Source: Phoronis australis (taxonomy: Eukaryota > Animalia > Phoronida). Taken from it: a stretch of DNA of 64,000 nt. The notes under the pieces were generated by a model. The model had not been told where the DNA came from, made no database searches, and worked only from the letters and a program-made list of their open reading frames with translations. Of this stretch, positions 26,668 to 38,469 are shown piece after piece. A program made the position numbers and the translations under genes. The first letter of the stretch is position 1. Each line of letters begins with the position of its first letter. Location: positions 680,564-744,563 of the forward strand of contig NMRA01000076.1 in NCBI GenBank assembly GCA_002633005.1, read 5' to 3'.

Positions 26668-27721
26668 GTAAGTCGTTACCACACTACTACCATTGTTTAC
26701 GTAAAATTTTATTTTTGACTTTATGCCAAACTGCTAATAATATGGTCAAATGGCCATACAATTTTAGGAAATTTTCAGAAGAAAAAGGGTACATTTATTG
26801 CAAGAAAACAGGATCAATAAATTCTCAAAAGTGCTGTTAAGTTGCAGTTTTGTACCGTTTTTTTTTCGTGAAAATCGTATATCAAGTAGTTTTCGTATCA
26901 AGCATATAAAGTTTCATAAGAATCAATCAGTCATTTCTGAGATACGATGTCCGACGTTGCTCAAAGTTGGACATTTTCCTGGATTCTAGATAAGCTGGTG
27001 TTAACTTGTTCCCTACACAAATAAGAAGAGGTTCACGGGCTTGGTAAGAACGAACAATTTATTCGTTATTGCTCGAGACCACGCGCGGTGCATAAAGCGA
27101 CCATCCGTGACAAGCTAACTGACTGGGCCTGATCAAGCTATAGCGAGCTATCAGCTCTTTCCAAACCCTCATTTGACTGACGGCTGATTCGCAGCAACTT
27201 CCATTGTTTCCAGAGGCGAATTGCCCGAGTCTAATGGCTTTGTCACTTTCATAAGGGTGATGAAATGAGAGAGCTGTCGAAGTAATATTTTTATTATCTG
27301 CAAAGACAGCGACAGTGAAAAAGCGACATTGTAAACAGGCTCGGTCATGGTGCGCATATTAGGATGGACGGACCTGCAGATAGTAAGGGTGGACCAAAAA
27401 GGGAACGACTGGCCATAGTTGAGAAAGGAGACATAAACCTTCAAATGGGGCGAAATGCCTTCATTGTTTCAAGAAAAAGACGGCCGAATTATTTTCTTTC
27501 ATTCCTTATAAGGTCCATTCTTCCCATACAATTCCGTCCATCCTTTCCATTTTGTGTCAATCATTCCCGTTGCATTGTATGAACAAGCTCGGTAGGAGAA
27601 CGAATTAGATACTGAGAAATGACCAACATGTCTTTTCTTGAGCAATGGATTTGTTTGGAACCCGAATGCTTGTGCGTGTACAATGCTTCAATTATTTTGA
27701 TAAATTGTTTTCTGCGCACAG

Positions 27722-27884
27722 AACTGGTGGAGTGAAAATCCTAAGCGGCAAATATGCAGGAATGTACGCGGCTGCAGCGTACGAGAATATCACATGGAGC
27801 AAGGAAAATGCACGTCTAATGGAATCCGCGACGAAAAACAGCCCTTACGCTCCAATGTGCTTTTCGAGAACAGGGTTTTTCAAA
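27722..27884 (+). CDS. MOXD1: MOXD1-like copy B exon 10
   Basis: gcacag|A; TGGVKILSGKYAG...ITWSKENARLME...PMCFSRTGFFK|GTGAGT; homologous to copy C 57431-57590. Confidence 0.85.
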
Positions 27885-28303
27885 GTGAGTGTTTCGTCAA
27901 TCAGCTTTTACCAATGTTGTCAACTTCGCTATCAGTAGAAGACAGTAGACCTGTATAATAAAATAGGTGTCTATTAAAACTAACGGTTTTCGAACAAGTT
28001 ACTTCACTAGCAGCTGGCGCTGATTTTATTACAATACCACGTGTACAACAACCTGCTAAAGATTGCCCTCGTGACTCCTGCAACATGAAATAGACCTGGT
28101 TTAGGAACCAAAGGTACAAAAAATATATTCCAGTATAGAACTCGGTGTCTTACTGAACTCAGTGTCGTCCAGTCTGAGACTATTAGAATGGGTCATATAG
28201 GCATTAACGGAATAAATTCCCGTAAGTTGGCATTCAACTTCATACAGATAAAATGCGCACTATCCAGCTACACTGACATACAAAGCTGGAGCTCACCGCA
28301 GGT

Positions 28304-28475
28304 GGAGAACTTTGAGCTGAACTGCCTTCCTCAAGTGAACGATAGTTGAGCAGACAGTTCGCGCCAAGGTGTTGAATGATCTAACTGCTGCTTGAGTCAG
28401 TTGTTCTCGCCTTGACTTGAGCTGTCTACTGAACGGTCGTTCTCTTGAGGCAGATAATTCAGCTCGTAGCTATCC
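28304..28475. repeat. Imperfect ~170-bp palindrome (old MITE-like hairpin)
   Basis: GAGCTGAA..CCTCAAG.GAACGA..CAGACAG..CAAGG versus CCTTG..CTGTCT..TCGTTC.CTTGAGG..TTCAGCTC. Confidence 0.55.
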
Positions 28476-30007
28476 GTTAGGTGATAATAACAACCTCATA
28501 ACGTTAGTCCCATGCACAGTTGTGCCTTGTAGTTGCGGCATCTGATCCTCCACGCAGTGCACGTTTTGAAACATGATTCCACTCAGGTAATGAACAACAG
28601 AACTGCGGTTCGTGAGGAAGTAAATAAAGTTACAAGACTTTCAATGCCGTGAATGAGAAAAAAATGCAGCTCGTAAGAAAATAACGTAAGTTGATAAGAA
28701 ATGGGCGTTGTTCACAAAAATGTTTCGGATACCGTGCGGAGAGGAGGTTGCCCACCTTAGAACTAGTAGAACAGATAGGAATAGTTGTTGTTCATGGCAA
28801 CTCATATACTGACCGTGTTCAACTCATTGATGTTTCATGCAAAGATCTATAAATCACATTATACCATCTTGTACAATGTATATTATATATTTTTTGTGCT
28901 CACACATACGTATATATCGATGCATGATGGCCTCGTCTATGTCTGGATGTCCGGCGTCAGGGCGTTTGTCATTAGCTGCAGTATCTCCTAAACCCATTGT
29001 AGCATCCTAATGTGATTTGGCACATATGTTTCTTTGAAGTTGAGGACGAGTTTCGGACATATCAAACTACCGCTGTGCCCCCATGTGGCAATTCGTTTGT
29101 CTCAATGTCTTCGGAGTTCCTTGATGGATTTTCATGAGATTTGTCGAACAGGTTTCTATCAAGGCGACAAAGATGCCTTTTTACTTTCGAACAGATTCAG
29201 CGTATTCTGAACTGTGCCACCTGGTAGACAGTTTCAGTCTTTTCGAATCTGATTTTTCTCGTCCGCCTCTCTAACCGCCAAGGAGGTCCAAGGATAATTG
29301 TGACAAATGACATATATTTTCCCGCCGAGAAGACTAAGGACGTTGATTTGCGGAGAGGTTCAACTACTGTGGAGCTCTCTAGTAGCGATGGTATGTGCTT
29401 TCATCCACATCTGTATTTCATAAAACTCTTGCAGGATCATTGAGAAATTTGACAAGTGGCAAAAGATGGTAACTTCTTTCGGACGTATCCGATTCCTGCT
29501 GTTGTTTGTAGTGCCAATTCTACATTTTACATTATCTTCTGTATTTTTGGAGGTCCTTGATAGATTTTTATGAAATTTGGCAAATAGGTAGGGAGACGAC
29601 AAAGAGGGTTTAACATGTTCTGTGCTACTTAGGGGCCACTTTTATGATACTAATAAACATCCCTAGAAACATACCGTTTGCGCTGCAGTCGTGGCCACAT
29701 TTCAACGCTTTGCGTTGCTCTTGTGTTGATGTTATATTTTTGTATGGAGAGCCATGGATACATATTTAAAAGTGTACTATCCTGATAGCATGCATGCTCT
29801 AGTTTATTTTGTTGATTCAAGCAGCATAAATTTTATTAAATTTTTGTATCTTTGCGTAGGTACGATCCTGGGATCTACACGCTTTCAACGAAAGTCACAA
29901 AATCAAAGTTCATTAAAACTTTACGTTACTATGCTTTGCGTCTGTATACAAAAATGACTTGAATCGTCCTTTGTCTGAACTGCTAACGATTGTTGTATTT
30001 CTCACAG

Positions 30008-30196
30008 GCCTCGACGAAACCGTTTGGAACATACCGGGGCCCTTTACACATCAGTGTTCCTTATCAATACCCTGGCAGGCAGTGTGATCAACTTACTACT
30101 ACTACACTAGATGGCAGCAATGTCGGTGTGTCAGCCTTCGAGATCAACATTCTCACATCGGTGGTTGTGGCATGTTTGGTCGTTGTTTTAGCATAA
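30008..30196 (+). CDS. MOXD1: MOXD1-like copy B exon 11 (terminal; hydrophobic/GPI-like tail)
   Basis: ctcacag|GCC; ASTKPFGTYRG...VVVACLVVVLA*; joined exons give 1875 nt in frame (624 aa); AATAAA at 30278. Confidence 0.88.
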   Translation, partial: ASTKPFGTYRGPLHISVPYQYPGRQCDQLTTTTLDGSNVGVSAFEINILTSVVVACLVVVLA

Positions 30197-31201
30197 TGAA
30201 CGACTGTTCTAATACTAGACGCGGTGTTTAATTCGAAAGCCATAATCAGCAACAAGATATAAGAGATGAAATTTAGGAATAAACATAGCGTTAATCAAGA
30301 TTGCCACGGAGAAGCTAGTCATGAACTTATGGGTTACAAAGTGGGACATATCGTATCACGCCGGAAGACAGTGACAGCCATTTAGCGCTTGGGTCTTTGC
30401 TGATGGAACGACCTACCTATCCATGAGACCAGGTTCCAGTAGGGACTAGATGATGCCAATGTCCCCTGACTCATGATTCATCATAAAACGAATTATGGCC
30501 CCTCCAAGAAGAGCACACAGTGGTCATCTCAGCAACAAAGGTTTAAAATAACGATGATGGTGATCGATACAACACCTCTATAAGGTCACTTTCCGCATAA
30601 TGTAGCGCTGGTATTAATTTGTAGTGAATGCACAACACTAATGCAAACCTTACTCTAGAGCCTGTATTTTCATCTTCCTCTCATACTGCTTGAAGGATAT
30701 GTAGCTGTTAGATTCCAAATAATTGATTATGTACAGAACAAACAAGCACAGGAATAAACAACGATGAATTGTCTCCATCCTTGTTAAAAATGCACAAATA
30801 ACAAAAACAGACGAGTCAACGCCGTAACTTTCCAATTAATAATGACAATACAGTTTGAAAACACGCTGCAATTTGAAAACTGGCTGCATTTTAGTGCATT
30901 TTAAGGTACCGGGCGTGGTTGCTAAGCTACTTCAATATCTACATCCGCCAAGTAAGAAACATTGTTCACAGTTTTCGACACAGCTGGAATTTTTTAATTC
31001 TTCTCTTCCATTTCTAGTTCTTTATTACATTACTGCTTTTCAGTGTTTTCGTTGGATGATTTTAATTTCTCTGGTAATGTTCTCAATACTCTTCTATTGG
31101 AGTTCACGGGAAAACAGAATAGCCTCAAAATAAGAAATCTCAGGAAGTACAATATTTAGTTTGAAAACTCATAACGTCATCAGCATATGCTGAATATGAT
31201 C

Positions 31202-33165
31202 TAGGCCATAGTCCATTCGACTCTAGGAAGCCTAGAAAATCTCTTCCGTGGCTACTTTTTGGAAAAAGATAATTTTGGTGTTCATAAGGTCATTAGGTGC
31301 TATACTTTAAGGTTTGACTTGCAGGTTTTCGAGAAATTTGACCTAAAAAATCTGACTTTTTGCAAAATTTGGCACAAAAGACAAATATTCAAAAAGCAAC
31401 ACTATTTATTTGAAGTTTCCGGACAAGAAAAGTGATAAATATTATGACATTAGGTGAAAAATTGTTCAAGAAGAGAAAAAGAAAAAAATTAGTAGCGCCT
31501 CCTGTTGGCCAAAAAACATACTACTACATTATGAACTCCTACCAAAAGAACAATACTGTTAACCATTTAGAACTTGATAAATATTTGATAACACAATCTT
31601 CATGTGTACAACATACAATGCTTACGCTTCTGCAAGGAATTCTCTCTCATCACTCATTTATTAATTGTCACAATTAATTATCATTATCCACTTTGCAGTT
31701 CGTTGTAAACTGTCACAGGAAATGATACACCTTTCAGTCCCAACAGTCAACAGCATGATAAAATGTTGTCAATATTTTCCATTAGGTTAAAAATTTAAAA
31801 TTCTTCAACAACATAGCATACTCTTATTATGTTTTTTCATCCACTCCATCATCATATATATCATCATCATTGTCATCAAAAGTTGTTTTTTGACTAAGAC
31901 ACCGTGTTCACACAGTCTGGGCAGTCACACAACTTAGAACATGGCATGCCCGACTTCAAGCAAGAGCACATTCTTTTACTACAACTTCTTTTACACTTGC
32001 CATTAACATTTCTCATGGCATTTTCGGGGGCTAAAGGCAGTCATCAGTGGAGCTTCAGACTACTGTACCCCGCTCCAAAAGCCACCCATTACCAACTGGA
32101 GATGGTACACTGACATGCTTCTTATTTAATTTGAACTTGTCTTGTCCAATCCTTAATATTTGAGTTCAGCCTTTGAAAAAGGAGGAATGGTCATGTTGGC
32201 AATAGTTTTTGTTGGAAATTGAAAATCTTCTTTTTACCGTAGACTTTCTTTTGACGCTTCATGTTTTAAATAGCACATAATTGGAAAAGTATTTTTTCCT
32301 ACGCTAAAAGCTCCAATTTAGGAATCTTCAAAATTTGAGTTAGTGAAATCTGCGCAACATTTGAATTTTCAAGATTAATGAATTACAGAACGCCGGCAAT
32401 ATTTCCATCTTAATATTTCTCAAATTCCAAACACTGCTCATGATTTTACACAAAGGGTCTCAAAATCGGCTTAGAAGTTCATAAAAAGCAGTACTGAACA
32501 CTCGCATATAGTTAAACTACTGCAAGTACCTTTGAGATTGGGACGGCTATTACTACAAATCTATCAAGCAAAACATTTTTTTTCTGTGACCTAAACTACA
32601 GATTATTTACCATAAATGGCAATTTTTGAATTAACAATCGGTAGGCCTATTTACAATTGAATGTTTGGAACTGGGATAGGTTTTCAACTTTTCTTTTGTT
32701 TATGAAGTTCCCCTGTGATGGAATTTAATTTGTGGCAAATGGTTCCTTGTGGTGGCAAGTCACATACAGTATATTTCTTTGAGCACTGTTAAATGTAACT
32801 GGCAGTGACAGTCTCCTTAATTTTGTGTGGGCTCAACATTAGTTCCATCATCTGCTTGGTCTTTTTTCTTTTTAAGAGCTCTTTCAATTTTTATTACAGC
32901 CGTAAAGCGTCTGTATCACTGCTTGTGATAGAAGCATGCGTGCAACAAGCCTAAAAATGGGGGGTCGAATTTTTGAGATTGTGGACATTTAATAAGATTC
33001 ACGGGGTACTTCAGAGCTACTAATTGTGGGTTCACCGAATTCTGGCAGTTTCTTTTTAGTGAGTCTCGTTTTCTACTTTTTTCGCAGTTTTTGTTTCTCT
33101 GAGGCGGACCTTTTTATCCAATTTACCAAATGGGGGGAGGTTCGTTCAAGCCCGCTTCCTGAGCC
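31202..33165 (-). mobile_element. Academ-type transposon, shorter (internally deleted) haplotype copy, truncated at N
   Basis: ATC|TAGGCCATA terminus; matches 34259-35168 plus 37430-38448. Confidence 0.7.
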
Positions 33166-33166
33166 N

Positions 33167-33258
33167 CACTAGATGGCAGCAATGTCGGTGTGTCAGCCTT
33201 CGAGATCAACATTCTCACATCGGTGGTTGTGGCATGTTTGGTCGTTGTTTTAGCGTAA
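33167..33258 (+). other. Partial duplicate of copy B terminal exon at a contig join
   Basis: Begins right after N at 33166 and matches 30105-30196. Confidence 0.8.
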
Positions 33259-35313
33259 TGAACGACTGTTCTAATACTAGACGCAGTGTTTAATTCGAAA
33301 GCCATAATCAGCAACAAGATATAAGAGATGAAATTTAGGAATAAACATAGCGTTAACCAAGATTGACACGGAGAAGCTAGTCATGAACTTATAGGTTACA
33401 AAGTGAGACATATCGTATCACGCCGAAAGACAGCGACAGCCATTTAGCGCTTGGGTCTTTGCTGATGGAATGACCTACCTATCCATGAGACCAGGTTCCA
33501 GTAGGGACTAGCTGATGTCAATGTTCTCTGACTCATGGTTCATCAAAAAACGAATTGTGGCCCCTCCAAGAAGAGCACACAGTGGCCATCTCAGCAACAA
33601 AGGTTTAAAACAACGTTGACAACACCTCTATAAGGTCAGTTTCCGCATAATATAGCGCTTGTGTTAATTTGTAGTGAATGCACAACACTAATGCAAACCT
33701 TACTCTAGAGCCTGTATTTTCATCTTCCTCTCATACTGCTTAAATGATATGTAGCTGTTAGACTCCAAATAATTGATTATGTACAGAACAAACAAAGCAC
33801 AGGAATAAACAACGATGCTTCATGAATTGTCTCGATCCTTGTTCAAAATGCACAAATAACAAAAACAGACGAGTCAATGCCGTAACTTTACAATTAATAA
33901 TGACAATACAGTTTGAAAACACGCTGCAATTTGAAAACTGGCTGCATTTTAGTGTAACAAGGTACCGGGCGTGGTTGCTAAGCTACTTCAATATCCACAT
34001 CCGCCAAGTAAGAAACATTGTTCACAGTTTTCGACACAGCTGTAAATTTTTTAATTCTTCTCTTTCATTTCTAGTTCTTTATTACATTACTGCTTTTCAG
34101 TGTTTTCGTTAGATGATTTTAATTTCTCTGGTAATATTCTTAATACTCTTCTATTGGAGTTCACGGGAAAACAGAATACCCTCAAAATAAGAAATCTCAG
34201 GAAGTACATTTTTTATTTTAAAACCTCTTAACGTCATCAGCATCTGCTGAATATGATCTAGGCCATAGTCCATTCGACTCTAGGAAGCCTAGAAAATCTC
34301 TTCCGTGGCTACTTTTTGGAAAAAGATAATTTTGGTGTTCATAAGGTCATTAAGTGCTATACTTTAAGGTTTGACTTGCAGGTTTTCGAGAAATTTGACC
34401 TAAAAAATCTGACTTTTTGCAAAAGTTGGCACAAAAGACAAATACTCAAAAAGCAACAGTATTTATTTGAAGTTTCCGGACAAGAAAAGTGATAAATATT
34501 ATGACATTAGGTGAAAAAATGTTCAAAAAACATACTACTATATTATGAACTCCTACCAAAAGAACAATACTGTTAACCATTTAGAACTTGATAAAGATTT
34601 GATAACACAATCTACATATGAACAACATACAATTCTTACGCTTCTGCAAGGAATTCACTCTCATCATTCATTTATTAATTGTCACAACTAATTATCATTA
34701 TCTACAATACAATTCGTTGTCAACTGTCACAGGAAATGATACACCCTACAGTCCCGACAGTCATCAGCATGATAAAATATTGTCAATATTTTCCATTAGG
34801 TTAAAAATTTAAAATTCTTCAACAACATACATGTACATGTAGCATACACTTATGTTTCTTCATCCACTCCATCATCATATATATCATCATCATTGTCATC
34901 AAAAGTTGTTTTTTGACTAAGACACCGTGTTCACACAGTCTGGACAGTCACACAACTTAGAACATGGCATGCCCGACTTCAAGCAAGAGCACATTCTTTT
35001 ACTACAACTTCTTTTACACTTGCCATTAACATTTCTCATGGCATTTTCGGGGGCTAAAGGCAGTCATCAGTGGAGCTTCAGACTACCCCGCTCCAAAAGC
35101 CACCCATTACCAACTGGAGATGGTACACTGACATGCTTCTTATTTAATCTGAACTTGTCTTGTCCAATAAAAGTTCGCTTTTCATGGGCAAAAATGGGGA
35201 CACCCACACAAATATGGTGTTTCCACATAAAATATGATTATAGGTGGGCACAACTGTCAGTAAAGGTTGATCAGCGAAATCTCTGTTTGTAACTGGGTAC
35301 ACCAAATGCGGAA

Positions 35314-35610
35314 TGGGTCTATTTCTACCTGGACCCGTCGTGACGGGTCCAGTTCTATTTACATATCTTGACCCACCAGGATGGGTCTATTTATATAAAT
35401 ATAACTGGACCCATGGCGTCGGGTCCAGATATATTGATATAGAAAGACCCATCCCGGCTGGTCAACCTATATATGTATATAACTGGACCCATCACGACGG
35501 GTCTAGTTATATTTATATAGACAGACCCATCTCAGCGGGTCAACTTATACGTATATAACTGGACCCAACACGACGGGTCCAGTTATATTTTTATTGACAG
35601 ACCCATCTGG
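35314..35610. repeat. Tandem array of GACCC-N(7-8)-GGGTC hairpin units (~76-bp dimeric period)
   Basis: About seven GACCC...GGGTC palindromes separated by TA-rich spacers. Confidence 0.8.
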
Positions 35611-35991
35611 GAGAATTTTATGGGGGCCATGGCCCCCTTGGCCCCCTCTAAATCCGCCACTACATCTAACTTTGTGAATGGCACGCTGGCAGTTGGCTAT
35701 TTTGGCATGTAACAGCAAACAATCATGATTAGGAGGCACACATGATTCCATCACAGATTTCAACCTGAATGTGTGATAGCGTGCTTTGTTAAGTGTTGAT
35801 GAGTCGCCGTACAGCTTGAATACAGACAGTTCAATGTCTTCCGTGAGTTGACCAGGAAACACAAATTTTGAACCCAACTTTAATGACAAAGACAAAGTTA
35901 AAAAATATCTCTGCAAGCCTGCACCCTACCCGAAATAAAAAAAGTTTTGACAATGTGAATACCGTTTAATCTAAACACCTTGTTACAGTAA

Positions 35992-37243
35992 TCTATTATA
36001 TAAAATGCATCGTTTGCACAAACTCCGTCTCCCCCGCTCCACTACAGACCTTCGTTGCGCCCGTTTCGGCACCGCCTTGGTCCCAGGTATTGCACCGGCC
36101 CCCTACTTGGATTCGAGGTGTTCTATTTTTTTTCTCGCGGGACGTTTTTTCGCGGATGCGGAAGGAGGGTGGCCAGTTTCGTACTGGTCTTGGTGACGTC
36201 AGTTCGTCGGCTCAATGGCCTGGGTGACGTCACTCCGTCGGTTTAATTTCACTCCCTCCGGCTTTTGCCACGTATACAATTCATCTGGCCTGTCGCTGCC
36301 AAAATAAATGATGCCTCATTAAAAAGTCCTTACTCTTTGTTGAGTAAACTATATTATTTACCCTGGTGTTGAAAAATTGGCGTTCTTCAGTTATTCTTCT
36401 GGTAAAATTGCGATGCGCTCTTTGGGCGCCCCTCTTGGCCAATTTCCATGTTATTCAACCAAATGTGAGGTTGCGTACATGTCATAACAATAGCTTTTAC
36501 TATTTTATGATCAGAAAACCCAATTTCAGAAAAAACTCTCGAGAGATATCGCAAAATTTTCGGAAATGGCGCATACGTGCGGGCGCCACAAGTATGCACT
36601 GTTTTCAAAACGACCAGACAAATTTCCTTTGTTACAAAAGGCGGAGAATCATGAAAATACCATTTATTAGATTGTCTTTTTACTGCTATAAACAGCTGTA
36701 ACGGTTCATTCCCAGATTCTGCATGCACCCCTGTAGGTTGTTCGCTCTAAGTTTCACGATGAGGTGACAAGCTGAGCATCGGGGTTCGGTGAAATTTCGG
36801 TGTCTAACAGAGCTCTACACACAGCTACCTAGCTGTATGTTGACGATAGTCTTAATACAGCTAGCTGGCTTTCTACCTCAGTATGTACATTTTTTATGCA
36901 AGTTTTGTAAATACATCTATATACTTTGTGTATATACAGTATTTTAAATACATTCTTTGTTTTCACTTTAAAGAATATATGATTACTGTACTTTGTGTTA
37001 CGGTAGGGTCAAATGTTCTGGAATGAAATTTGTCCTGCCTGGGGAAAGAATCCCGCAGCCGCAAACCTTGCCTACTAAACTCTGACAGTGACTGAAATTC
37101 TGCTTGAAGCTTTGAACACGGCCTTTTCAAGAAGTATTGCTGTCTCTTGCGATGAACACTAATGTTCACTCTTAGTTTAAGTATCTCTTCCCTTTGCGTT
37201 TCGCACTAGCTGCTACCCGTGCGAAAGCACGCGTAACGGCTAG
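35992..37243 (+). mobile_element. Non-autonomous Helitron
   Basis: 5' A|TCTATTATATAAAA; 3' hairpin CGTGC-GAAA-GCACG (37218-37231) then CTAG|T; inserted between A and T with no TSD. Confidence 0.8.
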
Positions 37244-38217
37244 TTCTGTTTAACTAAAATAGATAACCAAAATGCTCTTCACTTTAGCACACACTATGGC
37301 CAACAACTGAAATTTCATTTTGTCTAAGTGTTCAGCAAAAATAAGCATTAAGTGAAATGAGCATCATTACTAGCATTGATTGCACTGTGCAGTAGCCTTC
37401 AAACAATTTAAAACAGAAACATTTTTATCATCCTTAATATTTGAGTTCAGCCTTTGAAAAAGGAGGAATGGTCATGTTGGCAATAAATTTTGTTGGAAAT
37501 TGAAAATCTTCTTTTTTACCGTAGACTTTCTTTTGACGCTTCATGTTTTAAATAGCACATAATTGGAAAAGTATTTTTTTCCTACGCTAAAAGCTCCAAT
37601 TTAGGAATCTTCAAAATTTGTGTTAGTGAAATCTGCGCAACATTTGAATTTTCAAGATTAATGAATTACAGAACGCCGGCAATATTTCCATCTTAATATT
37701 TCTCAAATTCCAAACACTGCTCATGATTTTACACAAAAGGGTCTCAAAATCGGCTCATAAGTTCATAAAAAGCAGTACTGAACACTCGCATATAGTTAAA
37801 CTACTGCAAGTACCTTTGAGATTGGGACGGCTATTACTACAAATCTATCAAGCAAAACATTTTTTTCTGTGACCTAAACTACAGATTATTTACCATAAAT
37901 GGCAATTTTTGAATTAACAATCGGTAGGCCTATTTACAATTGAAAGTTTGGAACTGGGATAGGTTTTCAACTGTTCTTTTGCTTGTGAAGTTCCCCTGTG
38001 ATGGAATTTAATTTGTGGCAAATGGTTCATTGTGGTGGCAAGACATATAAGGTATATTTCTCTGAGCACTGTTAAATGTGACTGGCAGTGACAATCTCCT
38101 TAATTTTTAGTGGGCTCAACATTATTTCCATCATCTGCTTGGTCTTTTCTCTTTTTAAGAGCTCTTTCAATTTTTATTACAGCCGTAAAGCGTCTGTATC
38201 ACTGCTTGTGATAGAAG

Positions 38218-38469
38218 CATGCGTACAACAAGCCTAAAAATGGGGGATCGAGTTTTTGAGATTGTGGACATTTAATAAGATTCACGGGGTACTTCAGAGC
38301 TACTAATTGTGTGTTCACCGAATTCTGGCAGTTTTTTTTTAGTGAGTCTCGTTTTCTACTTTTTTCGCAGTTTTTGTTTCTCTGAGGCGGACCTTTTTAT
38401 CATCTTTACCAAATGGGGGGAGGTTCGTTCAAGCCCGCTTCCTGAGCCACCCCCCTGGGTGCACGCATG
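38218..38469. mobile_element. ~250-bp dispersed MITE-like repeat (CATGCG...CGCATG)
   Basis: Allelic copy ~32935-33165; diverged inverted copy ~50958-51213. Confidence 0.6.
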
